Origin: a virus
Lineage: Duplodnaviria > Caudoviricetes
Direction: 5' to 3' (one strand)
IMG/VR virus record: IMGVR_UViG_3300031994_000020
DNA: 64,000 bases
Shown: one piece after another, positions 9,276-16,778 of the stretch
Layout of the letters: the number at the start of each line of letters is the position of its first letter
Numbering within the stretch: position 1 is the first letter of the stretch
The notes under the pieces: generated by a model
The model's input: only the letters and a program-made list of their open reading frames with translations
Told to the model about the DNA's origin: nothing
Database searches by the model: none
Program-made: the position numbers and the translations under genes

Positions 9276-11117
9276 TTATCTATCATTATATAGATATATA
9301 TTCTATGCTTCATTCTAAGCACAAACGTCATTTGTTGTCCATGTAATTGATGAGCTTACAAGTGAATGGCTACCTGAAGTTGACATTGCATTTTTCATAT
9401 TTCCGCCAATACCAAAATGGATCTCTTTTCTTTTTTCACCATTTGTTGATTGAAATAAACCATCCTAAGCATTAACATTCATACCCGTCATATTAGTAAT
9501 TGTAATAATATTTTCAAAATTTTTACAATTAGCAAGCATATATCCTACACTTGGACAATTAACTGGTATTGTTAATGGTTGATTAAAATTATAACAATTT
9601 GAAAAAGTAAATGTTAATCTAACGTTACTATTTGGTAATTTTATAGGTTGGTTAAATGAATGAGCACTATTAAACATACTTGTCATATCATAAACAGTAT
9701 CAGGTATATTAATAGGCTGATTAAATGACTAAGCATTATAAAACATGTTACTTGTATTAGTAATGTTATTAGGTATATTAAAAGGTTGGTTAAATGATCG
9801 AGCATTGTAAAACATCTATGTTACTGAACATCCGTTTCCATTATTATACTATTGTATATTTAATGAAGCATTAAATGGACTATTATCAAACATCCTTTCT
9901 GTATTCTGTGCATTTTCAATATATACAGAAGAATTTAAATTACTTGAACTAAAAATACCTGATAATCTTACTGGTTTATTAGAATAAATATTAACAGAAC
10001 TATTAAAATTGTAACAGTAACCAAATGCAGAAGAACAATCAGCCTATTCAAATTTTGAATTACAATAAAAATTCATGGGTTGATTAAAATTTCTACAATT
10101 CTAAAACATTTGATAAGCATTCATTGTTTCAACATAAACAGGACTATTAAAATTAATACAATTTGTAAAACAGTATTGACTCTAAGTAACATTTTTAATA
10201 TTAACAGGACTATTAAAATTAAAGCAGTTATAAAAACAATTAACTATACTTGAATTTAGATTAATATCATCAATAATTATATCTATAGGTTGATTAAAAT
10301 TATAAGCTTCTCTAAAACAATTTACCATATTAGTTACATTATGTGGTAAATTAAGAGGTTGATTAAAATTAAAACAATTTTGAAACGTCCCCATCATCTG
10401 TAAATAAATATTATTAGTAGCATTTGATAATATAGTTATAGATGAATTAAAATTTCTACAATCATAAAGCATATTTCCTATATTCTTAACATTTTCAGGT
10501 ATTGTAATAGGCTGATTAAAATTATTACAATATCCAAATGCAGCAAATAATGATGTGCAAGTTTCTGGAAAATTTACTCTTTGATTAAAACTTTCATATT
10601 GCTACATTAAATAATCCAAATTTGTAGCGTCTTCAGCTATTGTAATAGGCATATTATAAGCATTTTGAAAACGATTCATAGGGAATGTTCCACCTATAAT
10701 AGTATTATTAGTAAAAGATATTGAAAAATCTACACTTTCACTATAAATCTAAGATTTAATATATCCTGCACTGTGTTCTATATTACTTTTTAGCTAGGTG
10801 ACCCTCTAGGAAGTACCATAATAATCTATATTAAAAAAATTATCATAATTCACAGGATTATTTTTTAAATTTGAATAAAGATAATCCATAGATGATATTA
10901 AATTTTCATTAATATACTTTTCTACTGTTATACTAGCATCAGTACCACCTGTTGTTTTTGTTAATATATGATAACGATATACAGTAGAAGATCCACCGCC
11001 AGTATTTATGTTATTAATGGCGGCCGCCATTTCAGAAGGCTTATAAGTTGTTGCAACTCCCGCCTTGCTTCTTATACTATTTGCTATATCTAAAAAGATA
11101 TTTGTTAATGTACTCAT
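9276..11117 (-). CDS. 613-aa BspA/DUF285-like leucine-rich-repeat protein, probably virion-associated (13 in-frame TAG)
   Basis: Single frame from ATG 11117 to TAA 9276; repeats MFxNCxxFNQPxxIPxxV; every internal stop is TAG. Confidence 0.8.
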
Positions 11118-11135
11118 ATTAAATACCTCCCTTCA

Positions 11136-11891
11136 TCAGAAATAAGTATCTAATACTTGAGTTATTGCTATATTTATTTGCTGATCGGTATAATCATTTG
11201 CCGCATCAATTTGTGTATCAACATAACTCTTACTTACTTTATTTCCTAATTCTGTATTGACTTTAGAACTTGACCATACTTTACTAACATCAACAGAAGT
11301 ATCATCTATTTCTGCTGCAACAGCTACTGCATCTGTTATATAATATGTTGTTCCATTAAGTTTCTCTGATGCGGGAAGTGCGTCGTACTGAGCTTTGGTC
11401 AACTCCATTGAAGGATCTTGACGTTGAGGTACCCATTGAGTACCATCCCATAAATAAAAAATCCCATCTGCAATACAATAATACATTTTTCTATCAGCAG
11501 AAGTGAATCTAGGTGGAAGATCCTCTTCAGTAGCGACTATATCATAGTTACCATCGGGACTACCTATTTCATTCCATTTTGTATCATCAAAAACCATATC
11601 TTGGTTTTCTCTTATACAACGATAAAAACAAGAAGCATATATAGCCAAATCACCATACTTATAAGTATCTCCCGCAGTCCATTCATAAATAGGAGTACCA
11701 TCATTTACAAAAGCTTGACTTTCTCTTGTTTCCCCTTCATCATTCTTCTACTCGAATGTAATTATTGATTGACCATCTTGTTTAGTTATGGATTTTACTT
11801 TACATGGTGCGCCTTTAAGACCGCCAAATTGAGCCGCAGTTTCATCTGTGTACTTTTTGGCAAGCGCATAAGCTGTAACTGATAATCCCAT
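11136..11891 (-). CDS. virion accessory/fiber-like protein (TAG at 11748-11750 read through)
   Basis: MGLSVTAYALAKKYTDET..ITFE*KNDEG..YLWDGTQW..ELTKAQYDALPASEKLNGTTYYITD. Confidence 0.75.
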
Positions 11892-11905
11892 GATTCAATC
11901 CCTCC

Positions 11906-12076
11906 TTATAATAAATGATACTCTTCATCATTTCCAAGCATCTATACTGAGCTATCTTCTAATACAATAGCAGTACTACCAACGCCAACATTGGTAGGGA
12001 GATCTTCTATATCTTCAAGGGAATCAGCGACTATTTCAACAGTTCCTGACTGTCCATTTGAAATTATTTTGAACAT
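11906..12076 (-). CDS. small phage protein (TAG at 11942-11944 read through)
   Basis: MFKIISNG..GSTAIVLEDSSV*MLGNDEEYHLL, AGGAGG RBS. Confidence 0.7.
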
Positions 12077-12295
12077 AGTTTTGCCCTCCTTTATAGTTCT
12101 ACAATATATAAAAAAATGCGGGAAATGAATATCCTATTTTGCCCTAAAAAAATTCCAAACACCTATTTTGTTCCCGGTAGCCCGATCGCTTGCCGCCCAG
12201 CAGATTATTTTTCCTTAAACTAAATAAACGCCGAAGATATAAAATCTTCGGCAAATAAAAAAGCCCCAATGAACTTAATCATCAAAGCTCCCCTA

Positions 12296-12383
12296 CGCGG
12301 ATCCAGGGACTCGAACCCCGATCGCCCTTTCGAGCTACAGCGGTTTTCAGGACCGCCCTCTTAGCCAATTAGAGTAAATCCGC
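12296..12383 (-). tRNA. tRNA-Ser(TGA)
   Basis: GCGGT-CCTGAAA-ACCGC, long variable arm, G73; C at position 33. Confidence 0.85.
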
Positions 12384-12390
12384 AAATTAC

Positions 12391-12498
12391 AAGACTTCCA
12401 TATTTGAGCCGGGGACTGGATTCGAACCAGTATCTTCTAATTTTGTTAGATGCACTACCTTTATACTACCCTGGAAATTATTTTGCTGATGAAGTCTT
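12391..12498 (-). ncRNA. CAGCAA-stem RNA enclosing a tRNA-like domain (copy C)
   Basis: AAGACTTC-ATCAGCAAA...D arm, 5-nt-loop hairpin, T arm ACTGG-TTCGAAT-CCAGT...GAAGTCTT. Confidence 0.7.
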
Positions 12499-12501
12499 TA
12501 A

Positions 12502-12588
12502 CGTTCGGAGCAAGATTCGAACTTGCGGACCCCGAAAGGTCCCCACATTAGCAGTGTGGTGGTTTAAACCAGGCTCACCCATCCGAAC
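12502..12588 (-). tRNA. tRNA-Ser(GCT)
   Basis: CCACA-CTGCTAA-TGTGG, long variable arm. Confidence 0.9.
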
Positions 12589-12596
12589 AGTATTAC

Positions 12597-12662
12597 TAAG
12601 CACATTATTAGGTATATTGATTAAAAGTCAATGCCATATTTAAAATTTGCTGTATGTGCTTA
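12597..12662 (-). ncRNA. ACAGCAA-stem RNA displaying a Lys(UUU)-like anticodon stem-loop (copy D)
   Basis: TAAGCACAT-ACAGCAAA...ATTGA-CTTTTAA-TCAAT...ATGTGCTTA. Confidence 0.65.
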
Positions 12663-12665
12663 AAG

Positions 12666-12747
12666 TGGGCAGGGCTGGACTCGAACCAGCGAAGGCTTGC
12701 GCCAATGGGTTTACAGCCCACCGCAATTGCCACTATGCGACCTACCC
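12666..12747 (-). tRNA. tRNA-Tyr(GTA)
   Basis: GTGGG-CTGTAAA-CCCAT, variable arm, A73. Confidence 0.93.
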
Positions 12748-12873
12748 ATATGCCGTGCGGAACGGAAGCTAAGTCGACTCGAACAGACCACGGCTATCTT
12801 ATATTATTGAGGTTTTTATATAAGACTTAAGTCGATTTTACTAGAGTTAACCTCAATACCTCTAGAGCGATAG

Positions 12874-12991
12874 ACGGAAGGACGAGACTCGAACTCGTAT
12901 CATCAGGCCCCCTAAGCATTATAATAATTGCTGTACAAGAATATATCTAATCTCTTTTATATACTGCGCTCTACCATTAAGCTACCTTCCG
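12874..12991 (-). ncRNA. tRNA-like RNA whose anticodon arm is replaced by an ACAGCAA-containing insert (copy E)
   Basis: CGGAAGG/CCTTCCG acceptor, canonical D and T arms, ~60-nt insert containing TACAGCAAT. Confidence 0.65.
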
Positions 12992-12993
12992 CG

Positions 12994-13085
12994 CAGGAGC
13001 TGTAGGACTCGAACCCACACCCGAGGCTTTGGACACCTCTGTCCCGGTTTTAGAGACCGGTGTGCTGCCATTACACCAAGCTCCC
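12994..13085 (-). tRNA. Amber-decoding tRNA (anticodon CTA), tRNA-Trp paralog with long variable arm
   Basis: CCGGT-CTCTAAA-ACCGG; acceptor GGGAGCT/AGCTCCT-G; T arm identical to the adjacent tRNA-Trp; 25-nt variable region. Confidence 0.93.
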
Positions 13086-13094
13086 AATTAATAG

Positions 13095-13165
13095 CAGGAG
13101 TTGTAGGACTCGAACCCACCTCTCTGGTTTTGGAGACCAGGGCACAACCCCTATACCAAACTCCC
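13095..13165 (-). tRNA. tRNA-Trp(CCA)
   Basis: CTGGT-CTCCAAA-ACCAG, GGGAGTT/AACTCCT-G. Confidence 0.93.
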
Positions 13166-13171
13166 ATAATC

Positions 13172-13281
13172 AAGACACTATATAAGTTTGGATTCGAACC
13201 AAAATCTTTAAACTTTTACATCTAATATTCTACCTTTAAACTACTCTCCCTTTGCGGAAGCAACATCGCTGTTAGTGTCTT
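13172..13281 (-). ncRNA. ACAGC-stem RNA enclosing a tRNA-like domain (copy F)
   Basis: AAGACACTA-ACAGCGA...D arm...TTTGG-TTCGAAT-CCAAA...TAGTGTCTT. Confidence 0.65.
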
Positions 13282-13445
13282 AATAATAACGGCTCAACCC
13301 GTTTTGCAGAGGATCCCCTCTGGAGTTCCCCGGCTTCTGATTTTCACAAGTACCAGGTGGTGGACCAGGAATCATAGCTACTCAAGAACTAGGCTCCGCG
13401 CGCGGTTGTTTTACTAATTCAATTTTACTATGTTCAGCCACTTTA

Positions 13446-13516
13446 GGTGCCTAGTGGGAATTGAACCCACATATGCGGTACCACAAACCGCTGTTCTACC
13501 ATTAAACTATAGACAC
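13446..13516 (-). tRNA. tRNA-His(GTG)
   Basis: GCGGT-TTGTGGT-ACCGC, C73. Confidence 0.9.
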
Positions 13517-13518
13517 AG

Positions 13519-13591
13519 TACCCAAAGTAGGATTCGAACCTACAAAAACTACGTCCTTAGCGCAGTGCGTATGCCATTCCGCCATTTGGGC
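13519..13591 (-). tRNA. tRNA-Leu(AAG) lacking the long variable arm
   Basis: Leu-type D arm GGCGGAATGGCATACGC, CTGCG-CTAAGGA-CGTAG, 5-nt variable loop, A73. Confidence 0.8.
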
Positions 13592-13672
13592 TTATCAGCG
13601 CCTTTCTTAACCTGTCCGAAAACAGAGGTTCCTTCACTGGCAGTCCGAAAACTTCAGAGGGCTTATTTTTAG

Positions 13673-13755
13673 TGCGGGAGGCGGGATTCGAACCCGCACG
13701 GAGTCACCTCCGGGGGATTTTAAGTCCCCTGCGGCTACCTTTACGCCACTCCCGC
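13673..13755 (-). tRNA. tRNA-Leu(TAA)
   Basis: GGGGA-CTTAAAA-TCCCC, long variable arm, A73. Confidence 0.93.
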
Positions 13756-14002
13756 ATATATCTTAACTAGACCACTCGCATCCCACCATCTTGTTTTAAA
13801 ATCAATTAGAGGTATAACGATTAAAATCTCCCTCTCTTATCATTTAATCATATGCCTAAGCCTTGTCCGTCTGTTAAGAAATAGTAAGTGCGGAAGATTA
13901 ACCGCCTCCCGCCGCGGATCCATGTATTATTTCTCCCCAGGACATTTGGGATACTGTGAATTGATTATATAGAAACCCCGAAAGGAGGACTATATTCATT
14001 TC

Positions 14003-14116
14003 AAAGCACCTTTTTTCTTTGCCCTACCTACTAGGCGATCTGCGCTAAAGTGGCGCGCGGAGCTGGACTCGAACCAGCGAAACGAGAATTAATCTCCAAT
14101 TTGCTGTAGGTGCTTT
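14003..14116 (-). ncRNA. YrlA-like RNA: ACAGCAA stem plus circularly permuted tRNA domain (copy G)
   Basis: AAAGCACCT-ACAGCAAA...T arm, TCCGCGC-GCCA-CTTTA-GCGCAGA (loop-closed acceptor), D arm...AGGTGCTTT. Confidence 0.75.
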
Positions 14117-14118
14117 AA

Positions 14119-14189
14119 TAGCGGATGCGGGATTCGAACCCGCGTCTTCTGCGTATGAGGCAGACAAGGAACCGCTCCTCTAATCCGCG
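14119..14189 (-). tRNA. tRNA-Met(CAT), initiator-like 1:72 mismatch
   Basis: C1:T72 mismatch, TCTGC-CTCATAC-GCAGA (lacks the three G-C pairs of fMet). Confidence 0.85.
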
Positions 14190-14262
14190 ATAATATGGGC
14201 GTTTGTTTCAAGGCGGACACCCAGCCGCCAGAAAAGAGGGGAAACGAATATTGACAAACTAA

Positions 14263-14335
14263 CAGCGAGTACGGGGATCGAACCCATATCTAGTCCTTGA
14301 AAGGGACTTATCCTTGCCGATTAGAAGAACTCGCC
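14263..14335 (-). tRNA. tRNA-Glu(TTC)
   Basis: AGTCC-CTTTCAA-GGACT. Confidence 0.88.
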
Positions 14336-14340
14336 AAAAT

Positions 14341-14610
14341 ACTAGTTTTTACCTAGGGAAACTAGCAAACCTTCCACCCCACCTATACGCTCTGGGTAAG
14401 CGGTTATTTGTTATGATTTATATACCGGTCGCAAACAGGTTTTCTCCGCAATACCCGGTTAAAAATCCACGATAGCCTGCCAAGGTGGGACGCCTAAATC
14501 CCCACTATCTCACTGATGCATCAATGCGAGATTCAACTATGACGATTTTTCTCTACTTGGTTATCTACCCTTTGTGGATAAATGGGGAGATAAACTTGAC
14601 GAAAACTAGT
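14341..14610 (-). ncRNA. Unidentified ~270 nt structured RNA
   Basis: Bounded by ACTAGTTTT/AAAACTAGT, internal hairpins, no credible ORF. Confidence 0.45.
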
Positions 14611-14657
14611 ATTCATAGGACGTTTTTCGCCCATGTCGTCGTTTATCCCTATCCCAA

Positions 14658-14730
14658 TGACGGATATTGGATTCGAACCAATGTCGCCTGGCTGAGAACC
14701 AAGCATCCTAAACCGCTAGACGAATCCGCC
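14658..14730 (-). tRNA. tRNA-Glu(CTC)
   Basis: CTTGG-TTCTCAG-CCAGG. Confidence 0.9.
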
Positions 14731-14865
14731 ATAATTTTCATTTATATTCTTTAGACTCCCAAAAGAAACCCGTGCCCGTAAAACAAAATGGAGTTGCCGG
14801 CGGTTTTTGTGCGCTGAGGAAAAACCTTTAAAAACCTCATTTTTTATAATAAACTAGCCTTAACT

Positions 14866-14961
14866 TGCGTCCAACAAGGATTCGAACCTTGACCCCCTCT
14901 TACGCTATTCCGCAGCCCGCGGCCGTAAAGGTATGCTTGTGCCACTCACACTCTCGAACAC
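14866..14961 (-). ncRNA. tRNA-like RNA with extended, bulged anticodon arm
   Basis: D and T arms present; anticodon arm is CCTTTACG-G-CCGCGGGCTGCGG-AATAG-CGTAAGAGG. Confidence 0.5.
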
Positions 14962-15133
14962 CAACTAGTTATTATCATTCAGGTGGTAGGTATTTCAGAC
15001 TCTCACCGTTATTGATTAGCCTACTCTTTTATTTATCGGATTTCTGTCAACCCTATTATTTTTTATTGCTTTCTTAACTTTCTATAAATATTATATCATA
15101 TTTTTTTATAAAAGTCAAATATGATTTTTAAAC

Positions 15134-15197
15134 TAAGCACAGTGTTTTGCATTTATAATCCCAAATTATACGCTAAAAAGATTGCTGTATGTGCTTA
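15134..15197 (-). ncRNA. ACAGCAA-stem RNA displaying a Pro(UGG)-like anticodon stem-loop (copy H)
   Basis: TAAGCACAT-ACAGCAAT...TATAA-TTTGGGA-TTATA...TGTGCTTA. Confidence 0.62.
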
Positions 15198-15198
15198 A

Positions 15199-15272
15199 CG
15201 GCGATGGAGGGAATTGAACCCTCGACCTCCAGGTTGACAGCCTGGCACTCTAACCATCTGAGCTACACCGTC
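15199..15272 (-). tRNA. tRNA-Asp(GTC)
   Basis: CCAGG-CTGTCAA-CCTGG, G73. Confidence 0.9.
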
Positions 15273-15277
15273 AAATA

Positions 15278-15481
15278 TAAGAGTTAAAGACTAGGTGGGT
15301 GGTCATATTTCAGCCACACGCTTATACTACTCAAATTCGTAAACATTCACTTCCAAATGTTCAGGCGTAGACATTTTATACCCATTTGAACCATAGTCGA
15401 ACTAACATGATGTGGGAAACCAACCTCACTCTACCTCGCCTACCTAGTCGGACGATTGGACCTGATCCGTTTCAACTCTTA
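15278..15481 (-). ncRNA. Unidentified ~200 nt structured RNA
   Basis: TAAGAGTT/AACTCTTA closing stem and GACTAGGTGGG/CCTACCTAGTC inner stem; strand inferred from the cluster. Confidence 0.45.
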
Positions 15482-15482
15482 A

Positions 15483-15555
15483 TTCTCATTCTGGGAATCG
15501 AACCCAGTCTCCAACCCTCTTTAGGGTCGGGTGCTTCCCATCACACTCAATGAGA
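15483..15555 (-). ncRNA. tRNA-like RNA with 8-nt anticodon loop
   Basis: TCTCATT/AATGAGA acceptor, D and T arms, CGACC-CTAAAGAG-GGTTG. Confidence 0.6.
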
Positions 15556-16001
15556 CCGTAACTTTGCTTTTGAAAGCTACCAAAGTCAAATCGCGTTTAA
15601 TGTCTGTGGACTCTCGACAACCGCTACATTTTAGGTCTGCAACTCGACCACCATCAGCAGTTCTTTAGTGGCGCTCAACCGGAAACTGCTTATCCGACCA
15701 CCTAGCCCCGTGTTGCCCTCGAGTACTCCACTTATGAGCCGTATGTTAGTCGCTAACCACATAGCCTACTTTGACAGATTTCCTCTCTGGGAAAAGTATC
15801 ATTTCGACTTCCCAATCTGTTTATAAAGCGAGGATTAGGCTACAACCGCTTCGCTTGCAAACTAGCTTACTTTTTTTGTTGCTTCCACAGCGACCGCAAC
15901 TGGACAAACATAGCTTAATTAAACCAACTGGCATTTCAGAGACTCTTTTTGAGTTCTTCGTACTCGGGTGAGGATCTGCAATGCTCTGCCGTCTCCCAAA
16001 C

Positions 16002-16073
16002 CGCTTACTCTATCTTTTACGTCCTAGTAAGAATGGACGCTTACTCTATCTTTTATGTCCCGGCAAGAATGGA
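16002..16073. repeat. Two tandem 36-bp imperfect repeats
   Basis: CGCTTACTCTATCTTTTAyGTCCyrGyAAGAATGGA x2. Confidence 0.85.
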
Positions 16074-16104
16074 CTTAAAATATATAATAAAACTTCCTTA
16101 TATT

Positions 16105-16180
16105 GAGCCGTCAAGGACTCGAACCTTATCTCCCGATTAGCCCACAGGTGTCTTTTTACCGCAATTAGACGATCCAACCC
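16105..16180 (-). pseudogene. Degenerate tRNA-like sequence
   Basis: D arm GTCT..AGAC and T arm AAGG-TTCGAGT-CCTT, poor acceptor and anticodon stems. Confidence 0.45.
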
Positions 16181-16343
16181 CAGAAGTCTTATTAACTTTT
16201 TATCTTATATAAATATTATATCATATTTTTTTAAGAAAGTCAAATTTTTTATTTTCTTTATTTTATTTTCCTTTCTTAACTTTCTATAAATATTATATCA
16301 TATTTTTTTATAAAAGTCAAATATGATTTTTTAATAAAGAATA

Positions 16344-16429
16344 CGGGTGCGATAGGATTCGAACCTACATGGAGTTTCCTCGCACTGACGGGTTAACAGC
16401 CCGCTGCCAAGCCTTTTGGCGACACACCC
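16344..16429 (-). tRNA. tRNA-Asn(GTT) with atypical long variable arm
   Basis: GCGGG-CTGTTAA-CCCGT, 19-nt variable region CAGTGCGAGGAAACTCCAT, G73. Confidence 0.88.
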
Positions 16430-16557
16430 AATTAATAATGCAGACGTTACCACCGCTGCCACCAAAGAATAACTTTCCCAACCTCGTGCACAGGTTGCTC
16501 TGGCCCCCAACTATTAGTTGTTCAGAAAGTTTTTCATGCTACACTTACAAAAGCAAG

Positions 16558-16628
16558 TACGGGATGGTAGAATTGAACTACCTCAGCCACCTTATCAGAG
16601 TGGAAAGCTACCATTACATCAATCCCGC
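16558..16628 (-). tRNA. tRNA-Ile(GAT)
   Basis: CCACT-CTGATAA-GGTGG, weak D stem, A73. Confidence 0.82.
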
Positions 16629-16741
16629 AGATGCTGCGTTAGTTTAACGACCAACCCCGCAGCTAGTTGTCCAATCTACCGCGAAAATATAAGATAAATG
16701 AAAATATTTTATTTTCTTCTTTCTTTATCTTATATAAATAT

Positions 16742-16768
16742 TATATCATATTTTTTTATAAAAGTCAA
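16742..16768 (-). promoter_or_regulatory. Sigma-A type promoter driving the tRNA cluster (example of a motif repeated dozens of times)
   Basis: TTGACT-N17-TATAAT with extended TG; near-identical copies at ~4560, 6650, 7030, 15095, 16220, 16295, 18095, 20530, 22780, 23890, 28735, 29995 and throughout 33-49 kb. Confidence 0.85.
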
Positions 16769-16778
16769 ATAAAATCTT

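Noticed and set aside
16002-16073. 36-bp repeats as a CRISPR array
   Set aside because: Two directly adjacent units with no spacer; no cas genes
12404-16647. ORF-track ORFs overlapping the tRNA cluster (also 5768-6181)
   Set aside because: They are shadows of tRNA/ncRNA genes and lack RBSs
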